The notes: generated by a model not told the origin, from the sequence alone. DNA of 64,000 bases from Candidatus Peregrinibacteria bacterium (GCA_016928915.1 JAFGJT010000009.1:60347-124346), one strand, 5' to 3'. Shown: positions 47,125 to 57,800, counted from the first letter of the stretch. Program-made: numbers and translations.

Positions 47125-48750
47125 TCAAGCCTTTTTTTGAATACCAGCTTTTATAAAGCCGTAAAATAACGGATGAGGTCGATGCGGTCTGGATAAAAAT
47201 TCAGGATGGAACTGTGATCCTATCATAAAAGGATGATCTTTGATTTCAGCTATTTCAACAAGATTTTCTTTTTGATAAACCCCTGCCACTATTAGGCCTT
47301 TTGCTTCAAGTTTTTTTCTGTAAATGTTGTTGAATTCATAGCGATGTCTGTGTCGTTCGTGTACAACATTAACATCCCCATATAATTTTTTTGTTTTTGT
47401 GTTGGCCACCAGTCTGCACGGATATTCTCCAAGCCTTAACGTTCCTCCTTTAGCTCTTTCCTGTGACTGGCCGGGCAAGAAATGAATAATATATTCTTTG
47501 GGATTAAGTTTTTTGTCTTCATCGAATTCTTCCGAAGTGATTAGAGGATTTTGAAGCACGGACCTGGCAAATTCAATTGTCATTATTTGCATGCCGAGGC
47601 AGAGGCCGAGATAAGGAATTTTATTTGTTCTTGCATAATTGGCGGCCATAATTTTTCCTTCGGTGCCGCGTATTCCAAATCCTCCGGGCACCACTATTCC
47701 TGCAGCTTCTTTAAGTTTTTTCCATGATTTTTCATCTTTTTCCTCGAGTTTTTGCGCATCAATCCATATCAAATCAAGCGACCGGTTTTGATGGAAGCAG
47801 GCGATTTTTAGTGATTCGATCACACTTAAATAAGCGTCATCAAGCCCTGTATATTTACCGACCAATGCGATTTTTAAAGGTTCTCTTTCTTTCATTATCA
47901 TTTCCACGACCTTTTCCCACTCTTTTAAATTGGGCCTGACTCTTCCAAGCTGCAATTTTTTGGCTATCAACGGTGCAACGTTGTAATTTTTAAACAAAAG
48001 AGGAACGCCGTAAATTGAGGATAGTGTCTGCAGAGGAATCACATGATCCTGTGGAACGTCGCAGAATAATGCTATTTTTTTAAGCAGTTCTTTTGCTATA
48101 GGATAATCCGCTCTTGGGAAAATAAAATCCGGCATTATTCCAATTGATCGAAGTTCTCTGACCGATGCCTGTGTGGGTTTTGTTTTAAGTTCTTTTGAAC
48201 CCTGAAGGTATGGAAGAAGCGTAAGATGAATAAATAAAGTGTTTTCCGCGCCTTCTTCCTGACGCATCTGTCTTATTGCCTCCAGAAAAGGCTGCCCTTC
48301 TATGTCTCCCACGGTGCCTCCGATTTCAACAAGAATAATATTTGCTTTGCTTTTTTTTGCCGCTTCTCTGATTCGTCTTTTAATTTCATTGGTAATATGG
48401 GGAATTATTTGAATTGTCCCGCCAAGATAAGTTCCCTGTCTTTCCTGGGCTATAACATGGGAATAAATTTTGCCCGTGCTTACTGAAGATTGTGCCGAAA
48501 GATTTACGTCAATAAATCTTTCATAATGTCCCAAATCAAGATCTGTTTCGGCGCCATCATTTGTTACAAATACTTCGCCGTGCTGAAAAGGGCTCATTGT
48601 TCCCGGATCAACATTAATATACGGGTCAAGTTTTTGTGTAAATACACTAAAACCGCAGGCCTTAAGGAGGGTGCCTATAGATGCGGTAGCTATACCTTTT
48701 CCTAGTGAAGAGCAGACACCTCCGGTGACGAATATGTATTTAGTGGCCAT
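47125..48750 (-). CDS. pyrG: CTP synthase
   Basis: 541 aa. MATKYIFVTGGVCSSLGKG, and a glutamine amidotransferase domain with GLCLGMQ and HRHRYEFN. Confidence 0.97.
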   Translation of the reverse strand: MATKYIFVTGGVCSSLGKGIATASIGTLLKACGFSVFTQKLDPYINVDPGTMSPFQHGEVFVTNDGAETDLDLGHYERFIDVNLSAQSSVSTGKIYSHVIAQERQGTYLGGTIQIIPHITNEIKRRIREAAKKSKANIILVEIGGTVGDIEGQPFLEAIRQMRQEEGAENTLFIHLTLLPYLQGSKELKTKPTQASVRELRSIGIMPDFIFPRADYPIAKELLKKIALFCDVPQDHVIPLQTLSSIYGVPLLFKNYNVAPLIAKKLQLGRVRPNLKEWEKVVEMIMKEREPLKIALVGKYTGLDDAYLSVIESLKIACFHQNRSLDLIWIDAQKLEEKDEKSWKKLKEAAGIVVPGGFGIRGTEGKIMAANYARTNKIPYLGLCLGMQIMTIEFARSVLQNPLITSEEFDEDKKLNPKEYIIHFLPGQSQERAKGGTLRLGEYPCRLVANTKTKKLYGDVNVVHERHRHRYEFNNIYRKKLEAKGLIVAGVYQKENLVEIAEIKDHPFMIGSQFHPEFLSRPHRPHPLFYGFIKAGIQKKA

Positions 48751-48756
48751 ATATGG

Positions 48757-49737
48757 TTAAGCAAATTTGTGGACGATTCCTATATTTTTTCTGACTTTTT
48801 CAAGCATCTTTTCCGATTCCATTTTCGCTTTTTTCGAGCCTTCGGTTAATACCTTATTAATGTAATCTAAATTTTTGGATAGTTCAATTCTTTTTTTTCT
48901 GTAAGGGCCGAAATAGTCCAAAAGTTTATCCAGAAGCAGTTTTTTTGCATCGCCATATCCAAAATTTCCCGCCCGGTATTTATTTCCAAGAGCTTTTTTT
49001 TCTTTTTCTTCGGCAAACAGAGAATACAAATAATAAACATTGCATTTTGAAGGATCCTTCGGCTGTTCAAGCGGGGTTGAATCGGTCTGTATACTCATAA
49101 CCTGCTTTTTTATGACCGCTTCTTCGGCAAACATTTCAATAACATTTCCGTAGCTTTTGCTCATTTTTTCACCGTCGGTCCCTTTTATTGTTGCTGAAGC
49201 TTCGGGTATATAAGGTTCCGGCAGTTTAAATGTTTCCCCGAAGGTTGTATTAAATTTAACCGCGATATCCCGAGCTATTTCAACATGCTGTTTCTGGTCT
49301 TTTCCCACGGGGACAAGATCGGGAGAATATAAAAGAATGTCCGCCGCCATTAAAACCGGATAATTAAACAGACCTGCCGTAGGTTCCTTTTTGCCTTTTG
49401 CAAGAGCGTCTTTCCACGCATGAGCCCTTTCAAGAAGACTGTGAGGGGTAATGCAGTCAAAAATCCATTTTAAATATGTATGTTCCGGTACGTCGCTTTG
49501 TCTGAAAAAAACCGTTTTATCGGGATTAAGTCCGAGAGCCAGGTAGTCAAGAACCATGTCCAGCGACATTGCCTTCATTTTTTCAGGATCTTTTACTGTG
49601 GTTAAAGCATGAAGGTCTGCAATAAAAATATAAGCCTCAAATTTATTCTGCATTTCAATATGATGTTTCATTGCGCCCAGATAATTGCCAAGGTGAGGGC
49701 TGCCGGACGGCTGAATCCCCGATAATATGCGCTTCAT
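48757..49737 (-). CDS. trpS: Tryptophan--tRNA ligase
   Basis: 326 aa with a HIGH-type motif (GSPHLGNYLG), KMSKS, and GKDQKQHVE. Confidence 0.95.
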   Translation of the reverse strand: MKRILSGIQPSGSPHLGNYLGAMKHHIEMQNKFEAYIFIADLHALTTVKDPEKMKAMSLDMVLDYLALGLNPDKTVFFRQSDVPEHTYLKWIFDCITPHSLLERAHAWKDALAKGKKEPTAGLFNYPVLMAADILLYSPDLVPVGKDQKQHVEIARDIAVKFNTTFGETFKLPEPYIPEASATIKGTDGEKMSKSYGNVIEMFAEEAVIKKQVMSIQTDSTPLEQPKDPSKCNVYYLYSLFAEEKEKKALGNKYRAGNFGYGDAKKLLLDKLLDYFGPYRKKRIELSKNLDYINKVLTEGSKKAKMESEKMLEKVRKNIGIVHKFA

Positions 49738-49817
49738 TCAGTTTCGGTTAATCAATAATCAAAAATCAGTATAAACTATAGTTCTTTTCTTTGCCAGTTT
49801 TCTTTAACCCGTATAAT

Positions 49818-51776
49818 TCAGCCGATTGAAATAGGGTCAACATCAACTCTGCAGTTTTCCGGAATTTCAACATTTTGTATTACTTCCTCAGGAGCGTGCC
49901 CCTGAATTAATATGTTCCACCTGTATTTGTTATTCATCTTAAAGATGAGAGCCGGATAAAGTGTGATTCGATATGTGTGCGGAGCGATTTCCTTTAATAT
50001 GTTATTGATTTTTTGCGCTTGCAGAAGGGCTTTTTTTGGGTTCGGATCAACAAAGGTCAGTTTTATCAGCTTTGAAATGGGTGGGTAATTAAAACTTTTT
50101 CTTTGCTCGATTTCATATTTGTAAAAGCTGTCATAATCATGAGTTTTCGCAAGACTGATGGCTATATTTTCGGTCATATATGTTTGTATTATCACTTCTC
50201 CGGGAATATCCGTTCTTCCGGCTCTTCCGGCAACCTGGGTTAAAAGCTGAAATGTTCTTTCGGAGCTTCTAAAGTCCGGGAAATGCAGCCCGATATCGGC
50301 CAGAATAACACCCACCAAATTAACGTTTGGCAGATGCAGTCCCTTGCCGATCATCTGTGTACCTATCAGGATGTCGATTTCTTTTTTTATTAGTTTTTCA
50401 TAGATTTTTTCAAAAGAACCCCGTTTTGACATTGTGTCACGGTCAGCCCGGGCAACTTTTGCCTTTGGAAATATTTTTATTATTTCTTCTTCAACTTTTT
50501 GCGTTCCCGCCCCAACATATTTAATATTTAATCCTCCACAGACTGGGCATTTTAATGGGGGTGCGGTGATTTTTCCGCAATGGTGGCAGATTAATGACGG
50601 TTTTTTTATTCCGCTTTCGGGCATTATCTTATGGTATGTCATGGGCATATCGCAGGAAAGGCATTTTTCCATATAACCGCATTCACGGCAAACGACAGCG
50701 GATGCGGATCCGCGTTTGTTTAAAAAAAGTATCGCCTGTTTGCCGGAATTTAATGTTGATTTGATTTTTTCCTGCAATAGTTCACTTAGAATTGAGTAGT
50801 TTTTCTTTTCAAATTCATTCCTTAAATCAACCAGCGTTACCGCAGGAAGCATGGCGCCGCCGATTCTTTGATTTAGTTCTACAAGTTCAAAGTTGTTTTT
50901 TAGGGCGTCATAATATGATGCAATTGAAGGCGTAGCGCTGCCAAGAACCACTTTAACGCCGGTAAATTCAAATATTTTTTTTATTACATCAACAGTATTG
51001 TATCTAGGGGTTTGCTCCTGTTTATAAGTGAATTCGTGCTCCTCATCCAGAATAATAAGCCCCGGATTTTTTACCGGAGCAAATATTGCAGAGCGCGGGC
51101 CTATAATAACCGGAGTGTCATTTAAAAATATTTTCATCCATTCCATTGATTTTTGTTTTTCGGTTAGTCGTGAATGTAGTATTGCCACGTTTTTGCCGAA
51201 AATTCTTTCAAAATATTCTACCATCTGCGGAGTTAATGATATTTCAGGCACTATTAGAATGCATTGCTTGCCTTCTTTGATAAATTTTTCCGCCAGATGA
51301 AGATAAATTTCGGTTTTGCCCGATCCGGTTATGCCTTTAAGAAGGCTTATTTTGTTTGTTTTAAGGATTTTCTGATATGCTTTGTTTTGCTCCTCAGTAA
51401 GTATATGTTTTTCTTTAAGGATTTCTTTTGTTAAGACGGGTTCATATTCAAATTTATAAAATTTCGGAGGCAGAAATAGATTAACCGCCTTTTGGATTGG
51501 GGCTTTATAATACAGGCTTATCCATTTGGCCAGTTTAATCTGCCAGGCCGACAAAACAGGATGATTAAATAATATTTCGCGAATGTCTTTTACCGGATGA
51601 TTCGGTTTTACCCCGGTTTTATGCATTACAACCCCTTCAATATATGAATTTCGTAACGGTATTTTTACCAAACTTCCCTCTTTTAAATCTTTAAGATTTG
51701 AGGGGATTTGATAATTTAATATCTCAAGATTTTTTGGCATCCGTCTTTTAAGACAGACTTCCGCATAATTGTTCAT
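49818..51776 (-). CDS. priA: Primosomal replication restart helicase PriA
   Basis: 652 aa. Walker A GITGSGKTE, a DEEH box, and a Cys-rich zinc insertion (CRECGYMEKCLSCDMPMTYH...CHHCGK...CPVCG). Confidence 0.93.
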   Translation of the reverse strand: MNNYAEVCLKRRMPKNLEILNYQIPSNLKDLKEGSLVKIPLRNSYIEGVVMHKTGVKPNHPVKDIREILFNHPVLSAWQIKLAKWISLYYKAPIQKAVNLFLPPKFYKFEYEPVLTKEILKEKHILTEEQNKAYQKILKTNKISLLKGITGSGKTEIYLHLAEKFIKEGKQCILIVPEISLTPQMVEYFERIFGKNVAILHSRLTEKQKSMEWMKIFLNDTPVIIGPRSAIFAPVKNPGLIILDEEHEFTYKQEQTPRYNTVDVIKKIFEFTGVKVVLGSATPSIASYYDALKNNFELVELNQRIGGAMLPAVTLVDLRNEFEKKNYSILSELLQEKIKSTLNSGKQAILFLNKRGSASAVVCRECGYMEKCLSCDMPMTYHKIMPESGIKKPSLICHHCGKITAPPLKCPVCGGLNIKYVGAGTQKVEEEIIKIFPKAKVARADRDTMSKRGSFEKIYEKLIKKEIDILIGTQMIGKGLHLPNVNLVGVILADIGLHFPDFRSSERTFQLLTQVAGRAGRTDIPGEVIIQTYMTENIAISLAKTHDYDSFYKYEIEQRKSFNYPPISKLIKLTFVDPNPKKALLQAQKINNILKEIAPHTYRITLYPALIFKMNNKYRWNILIQGHAPEEVIQNVEIPENCRVDVDPISIG

Positions 51777-51878
51777 AATCTACATATTTTAGGACTAAAT
51801 TGTATAGATGTTATTAGTGTTTGTGAAGAGACATTATTTCTGGTATAAAATAAGGTAGATTTTATAACAATTCGTTTT

Positions 51879-53396
51879 ATGAAGCTCAATTCATCAACAG
51901 TTTTAAAAATGTTTGTTGTGTTTTTTCTTGTGGGAGCGATAGGCGTTTTCGCTTATGTCTACAGCCTTAATCAGCCTCAGTCAGCCCGAACCGAAGATGC
52001 CATTAAATATACCAAAACATTAAGCAGCGATAAGCCTGAGCAATTTGTAGGACTGCTCGCGCAGGACAGCGAGGGTGTGCAGGCGGGCGAAACGCAGGTG
52101 ACCGTATATAACCAGAATCTCGCTCTTGTTAAGGAAGCAAGAGAACTTGATCTGGCTCAGGGATATAATCAGGTGAAATACAAGGATGTGCCGTCAAAAA
52201 TCAATCCATCTTCTGTTATTTTTAAAGATTTGCAGAATGAAGATACGGAAGTGGTTGAACAGACCTATGAATTTGATCTTGTTTCTTTTAATAAACTTTT
52301 GGAAAAATATCTCGGCAAGGATTTAACTGTTGTTTCAAAAGTAGATAACGGGACAAAAGAATATAAAGGTAAACTTTTAAGCTATCTGGACGGTATAACA
52401 ATCGATACGGGCGATGGGATTGTTGCTGTAAGAGATCCCGAAAGCGTTCAGTTTGGAAAACTGCCCGAAGGATTAATTACAAAACCTACTCTTGTATGGA
52501 GTATTTTTGCTGAAAAAGCCGGAAAAAGGCAAACACAGACAACATATTTAACAGGCGGTTTAACGTGGAGCGCGGACTATGTTGCTAAAGTAAACAAAGA
52601 TGACAACAAACTTGATATTAAAGGATGGACAACAATCAATAATACTTCCGGGACCGCATATCCTAACGCAACATTAAAGCTTGTGGCCGGGGATGTAAAC
52701 GTCATTCAGCCTCCGGTTGCCAATAAATATTATGAAGAGGCGATGCCTATGGCTGACAGTGCTGTAAGAGCAGGCGGTTTTGCCGAAGAATCATTTTTTG
52801 AATATCATTTGTATACTCTTGGCCGAAAAACAAATTTAAAGGATAATCAACAGAAACAGATTTCATTATTGAACGCAAAAGATGTTGGTGTAAAAAAAGT
52901 TTTCGTTTACGACAGTAATAAAGCATGGAATAAAATTCGCGTTATGCTTGAAACCAAGAACAGCAAAGAGGCCGGACTCGGTTTGCCACTTCCAAAAGGG
53001 ATTATACGCGTATATAAAGAAGATTCTTCAGGTGCACTGCAGTTTATAGGAGAAGACCAGATCGATCATACTCCCGAAGATGAGGATATTGAGGTGTTTA
53101 TGGGAAATGCTTTCGATATTGCTGTTGAAAAAAAGACAACAGATTCAAAAGGAACGGGTTCAATTCTTGATTACGGCTCAAGATGCCAATATCAGGATAT
53201 TGAGATTGAACTGCGCAATCACAAAAAGGAAGATGTTGAAATTAAGGTTGTTGAAACATTTTGGGGCATTGATGTTTCAACTTCAAACAGCAACTATGAG
53301 CCCGAAAAGAAAGATGAGTACACGTATGAATTTAATGTTCCTGTTAAAGCAGGGGAGACGAATACTCTGAAATACACCGTTAAACAGTGCTGGTAA
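51879..53396 (+). CDS. DUF4139-like membrane-anchored protein
   Basis: 505 aa with an N-terminal TM, then YLTGGLTWSADYVAKV...GWTTINNTSGTAYPNATLKLVAGDVN, which is typical of DUF4139 as I recall it. Confidence 0.65.
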   Translation: MKLNSSTVLKMFVVFFLVGAIGVFAYVYSLNQPQSARTEDAIKYTKTLSSDKPEQFVGLLAQDSEGVQAGETQVTVYNQNLALVKEARELDLAQGYNQVKYKDVPSKINPSSVIFKDLQNEDTEVVEQTYEFDLVSFNKLLEKYLGKDLTVVSKVDNGTKEYKGKLLSYLDGITIDTGDGIVAVRDPESVQFGKLPEGLITKPTLVWSIFAEKAGKRQTQTTYLTGGLTWSADYVAKVNKDDNKLDIKGWTTINNTSGTAYPNATLKLVAGDVNVIQPPVANKYYEEAMPMADSAVRAGGFAEESFFEYHLYTLGRKTNLKDNQQKQISLLNAKDVGVKKVFVYDSNKAWNKIRVMLETKNSKEAGLGLPLPKGIIRVYKEDSSGALQFIGEDQIDHTPEDEDIEVFMGNAFDIAVEKKTTDSKGTGSILDYGSRCQYQDIEIELRNHKKEDVEIKVVETFWGIDVSTSNSNYEPEKKDEYTYEFNVPVKAGETNTLKYTVKQCW

Positions 53397-53398
53397 GA

Positions 53399-53611
53399 TT
53401 ATTTTTTCTTTCCTATAGCTATTTTTTCGTTTAAAAGTTCAACAAATTTATCGACATCAATGCCGTGCATGCCGATGCCCTGTTCTATAGTTTCGAATTC
53501 AGCGGCGTGGCAGCCTATGCAGGCGACTCCGTGATCAATAAAAATATCAAAGGTTTCCGGATATTCTTTTAGTACATCCATTATTATTGATTTTTTTGTG
53601 ATTTTTTTCAT
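53399..53611 (-). CDS. DUF1858 small redox-disulfide-type protein
   Basis: 70 aa. TIMDVLKEYPETFDIFIDHGVACIGCHAAEFETIEQGIGMHGID fits the DUF1858 pattern, including its CxxC. Confidence 0.7.
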   Translation of the reverse strand: MKKITKKSIIMDVLKEYPETFDIFIDHGVACIGCHAAEFETIEQGIGMHGIDVDKFVELLNEKIAIGKKK

Positions 53612-53666
53612 AAATAAAATATAGTTATTTCAAACTCGTTTAAACAGATTAAATTTATATATATTG

Positions 53667-53694
53667 TTGACAAATTTATAATTAAGTTTATAAT
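53667..53694 (+). promoter_or_regulatory. Consensus sigma-70 promoter
   Basis: TTGACA (53667-53672), a 16-nt spacer, and TATAAT (53689-53694). It lies 23 nt before the ATG at 53717. Confidence 0.55.
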
Positions 53695-53716
53695 AACTTC
53701 CTTTGTTAATAAACAC

Positions 53717-54313
53717 ATGCATTCCCAAACCTTTAAAACCAGAATTTATTTGATGCTGGATAAGCATAAAGATAAAGTAATGGATTTTTATATAAAAAAT
53801 GGTCCTTACGCTTTAAGAAAAAAATTAAATATTAACGATGACAATCTTTGGGATATTGTTTTTGATTATCTTGTAATTGAGAAAGAAGCTGTGAAATATT
53901 GCGTCAGAGTGCACTCAAACTATATAAGCGGTCTTTATAAAAGTATAGGACCCGCGATGCTGCGCCAAAATTTCTGCATACAAGACGAAAAATATAACGA
54001 TATCTGGGAATATGTGACCGATTATATTGGTATTTCGAAGGGAGCTATTTATGACCATATATCTGAAAATAAAGAAAAATATAATCAATTGATTTATTCC
54101 GGCAGAGCTTCTCAAATACGCAAAGAATTCGGACTGGAAAGAAATAAATATAACCAGGTCTGGGAAGAAATACTTGATCTTCTTTTAGAATGCGTATCAA
54201 TTGAAAATTTTAATTTCGGTATGTTTGATCACGGTCTCAAGATGTTTTCCAACTTTTATAATATCGGCAGAAAACACAGAGGTCTTAAATGTCACTTCTC
54301 GGCAAAATCTTAA
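53717..54313 (+). CDS. Hypothetical protein built from three ~50-aa repeats
   Basis: 198 aa. The repeats share G(P/R)xx(L/I)R(K/Q)xF..(K/N)(Y/L)(N/W)x(I/V)(W/F)(E/D), as in GPYALRKKLNINDDNLWDIVFDY, GPAMLRQNFCIQDEKYNDIWEYVTDY and GRASQIRKEFGLERNKYNQVWEEILD. Confidence 0.6.
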   Translation: MHSQTFKTRIYLMLDKHKDKVMDFYIKNGPYALRKKLNINDDNLWDIVFDYLVIEKEAVKYCVRVHSNYISGLYKSIGPAMLRQNFCIQDEKYNDIWEYVTDYIGISKGAIYDHISENKEKYNQLIYSGRASQIRKEFGLERNKYNQVWEEILDLLLECVSIENFNFGMFDHGLKMFSNFYNIGRKHRGLKCHFSAKS

Positions 54314-54599
54314 AATACAGCTGTTTCTGAACCTTCTTTTCTTCATCCGCAAGATCGATTCTGTATATTTCCCATTTGTCATTTAGATATTTGTAATAAG
54401 CCAGATCAACGAATTTGGTGTCTTTGCCAAGCCTTTCAAGGTTTATATGGTTATCGCTGTCGGTTCTTTCACTTTGTTCGGTTTTATCATATTCCTCTTT
54501 TGTTGCAGGAATGAATTCAACACTTTTATATTTATAGATTGAGATTATCTGCTCTTCGGCTTCCTTAAGGGTATTTGCTTTGATTATTTCACCGGCCAT
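54285..54599 (-). CDS. Hypothetical acidic protein (104 aa)
   Basis: An ORF downstream of the tRNA and the hairpin repeats, on the same strand. Its 3' end overlaps the convergent ORF by 29 nt. No family recognised. Confidence 0.45.
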   Translation of the reverse strand: MAGEIIKANTLKEAEEQIISIYKYKSVEFIPATKEEYDKTEQSERTDSDNHINLERLGKDTKFVDLAYYKYLNDKWEIYRIDLADEEKKVQKQLYFKILPRSDI

Positions 54600-54622
54600 A
54601 ATTTTAGGAGTTAATTAATTAG

Positions 54623-54720
54623 ATTATATGCGGCTTTAGTTGGCCGCTTATACCCCGAAGACGGGGTTTGTTTTTATTATTTGCGGCCTTGGTTGGCCGG
54701 ATATACCCCGAAGACGGGGT
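54623..54720 (-). repeat. Tandem duplication (53-nt period) of a two-hairpin module immediately 3' of tRNA-Arg
   Basis: The copies at 54623-54667 and 54676-54720 are near-identical. The 38-nt core has 4 mismatches. Each copy holds GCGGCY-N6-GGCCGS and ACCCCG-AAGA-CGGGGT hairpins. Confidence 0.85.
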
Positions 54721-54723
54721 ATA

Positions 54724-54800
<77 letters not shown>

Positions 54801-54801
54801 T

Positions 54802-54834
54802 AAAAAAATAGACCAGAAGTATTTTGCTGGTCTA
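54802..54834 (-). terminator. Rho-independent terminator after secDF (hairpin also readable on the plus strand)
   Basis: On the minus strand: TAGACCAG-N10-CTGGTCTA followed by T7. It lies 24 nt after the secDF stop, and the T-run ends 1 nt before the tRNA 5' end. Confidence 0.7.
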
Positions 54835-54857
54835 TTTTAGCATAATCTGATTATTTT

Positions 54858-57800
54858 TTAAGCCTTTTTTGTTCTTTTATCCCACCATACAAGAACCGTA
54901 CTGGCTACAAAAACAGAAGAATATGTACCTATAATCACACCCAGTACAAGCGCAAGAACAAACCAGAAAAGGGTTGAGCTGCCTAGCAGCAGCAGTGCCA
55001 TTAATGTTAATAATGTTGAGAACGAGGTATTTATTGAACGGGCCATTGTTTGAGTCAAAGCAATATTTACAACATCCTTAAAACTTGTTTCTCTATTAAT
55101 ATGTTTTAAGTTGTCACGAATCCTGTCGAAAACAACAATTGTGTCATGCACTGAGAATCCGAGGATGGTAAGCAAGGCCGTTATAAATAGAGCATCCACC
55201 TCAACCTTAAAAATAAACCCGAATATTGCATAAATTCCAATTATTAAAAGTACATCATGAGCAAGGGCGATTATCGCGCATATACCAAACCTCCACGGGC
55301 TTAAGTTTCTTGGTATTTTTCTAAACGCAAATGCTATATAAAGAACAATAGCGATTAAGGCAACAATTATAGCCAGCGTGGCTTTTGACTTCATTGCATC
55401 ACCAACCACCGGACCGACTGTTGTGAATTTTATTTCTTCAAGTTCACCAAATTTTTCTTGAAGTTTACTAATAATCGTATCGTGCTGCTCGTTGGTCATG
55501 TATTTTGTCTTGATGATATAACCTTCACTTGAAGCAATAATATTTGCCGTTGAAAGGTCGAGAATTTCGGAGCCTGATTCTATTACAGGATCAATTGAAG
55601 GAGTTTCGACGGTTGCAATAGGTTCTTCGGCCGGGGCGGGAGCGGGGAGCGATGAAATTTCTTTGCCAATTTCTTCAAGTCCGAGTTTTATTTCTTCGGG
55701 TTTAACTTCGTTTTCAAATTTAATCTGCATCAATGTTCCTCCGGTAAAGTCAAGACCCGCCGGCAGACCCCATGCAAAGAGAGCTATCACGCATATGCCA
55801 AGCATTGTTCCAGAAAGCGTAACCCAGATTTTAGTATTTTCAATAATTTTTAAAGTTTTGTGCGCTTTTTTTGGCTTTGAGTTGAACAAAAATTCGTTAG
55901 ATGCAAGTTTTGTTCCAACAAAAAGTTTTATAAATGATTTGGTTATAGTTATTGCGGTAAACATTGAAACCAGAATACCTGCCGCGAGGTTAAAGGCAAA
56001 TCCCTGAATTATTGAAGATCCAAAGAAAAACAGAATTGCGCAGGTAATTAATGATGAAAAATTTGAATCGCGGATACTGTTCCATGCCTTGTCAAAACCG
56101 ATTTCTAAAGCAGCGCTAAGTGGCTGCCCTGTACGCATTTCTTCTTTTATTCGTTCAAATATGAGTATATTGGCATCAACCGCCATACCGATAGAAAGAA
56201 TTACACCAGCAATGCCAGCAAGTGTTAGTACTATTGGATTTGCCAGGAGATAAACTATAAAAAACAGGGCAAAAACAGCCAGAGTTGATGTTAACAGTTT
56301 TTCCCATCCATTATCTTTGGAATTTAATACTTTAAGCATGAGATAAATAAACATACCTACCGCTATGAATGCTGCCAGGACGGTATGCAGAGTGCTTTGT
56401 ATTAAAAACAGCAGTATGGCTGAATATATACTTAATGCGATTACCGCTATTAAACCCGGCAGACGATAATATACAATCATAAATACAGCCACAAGGAAAA
56501 TACCTATAAGACCCGCCCATAAACTGCTGTTTAAAGCTTCCTGCCCGAGAGTCGCCCCGATGGTATACTGACCGGCAAGAATAATTGGCGCAGGGATTGC
56601 TCCTGTATTTAAATCACGAGCCAGCGCATTAGCTTCCTGTAGTGTAAAATTGCCCGTTATTCTTGCTTTGCCGTCGGGAATTTTAACCTGAACCGTTGGA
56701 GCCGAAATCATATCCCCGCCTACAAAAATTGCAACAGGTTTTCCTATATTTCTTTCTGTTATTTCAGCAAAGAGCCTTGCGCCTTCATCATTAAATTCTA
56801 TTGAAACAAAAGGCTGGAAATAGTCATCTGTATCAACAAAAGCATGTTTAAAATGTTGCCCGCTCAACGGGGTGTCTTTCCAAGGATTCGGTATAGTTGA
56901 ATATGATATTTTTGCATATTTTATCTGTTTTTGGATTTCTTTTCTCTCAGTGGATGGGGTTATGGTTCCCGCTTTTAATATATGAAAACCAAATTCGGTT
57001 TCCACGATTTCCGACAGCTGATCCGATTGAGTTAATGCAAGAGCCGCACTTTCAAACGCTTGTGTGTATAGACCATCTCCGGCAGGATCGTTTAAAACAC
57101 CTCCTTGATTTTTACCTGACGGATCGTCTGTAAATTCGTTTGCAGCATCTTCGAATTTCTCACCGCCTTTTAATTTTGTAAGTATTTCTTCGGCGCGTTT
57201 TCTTGCCTCATCTTTTGTTCTTATAACGGATTCATCGGCCCGCTCCGCTCCCTGGTAGGAAATTAAAATGTGACTTATGCCAACTTTTCTTTGAGTGGTA
57301 ATGGTGCGTTCCGCATCCTGCGAGTCTAAAAGCTTAAGAAGGTTGATTGAGGTCATTTCAACAAGACGTCCGTCAGATGAAACCGTATATTCACCGCCGG
57401 AGTCTACGGTGCCCTGATAAACCTCGCCTTTTTTTAAAGAAAATAATTTATCTGCAATATCATTATTGATTTCATCTTTATATTTCCATTCTGATTCAAA
57501 AAACGTGACTCTTCCAGGATTTGACAGTTCTTCTTCTTTTCCTTTCATTACAAAATCTTCTCCGGCTTTAACCGCCCGCAGTATTTCGTTGGCTTCATTT
57601 TCTATTGCGGATTTTTCATTGGGATCAATTGTTGCTTCTTTTTGTTCTTTAAATTCGAGCTGAATTGTTTTACCTATGATCTCTTTGGCTTCTTCAATAT
57701 CTACACCAGCAAGATCTACTACTATATGGCTTTCATCAGCCACTTCGGAAATAAAAATATTTGGTTCCGAAACTCCGAGTGAATTTACACGTCTGTTTAT

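Noticed and set aside
54623-54720. The direct repeats with regular spacing could be a mini CRISPR array.
   Set aside because: There are only two copies, the spacer between them is about 8 nt, no cas genes are in the window, and the repeats are internally hairpinned and abut a tRNA. This is not a CRISPR.
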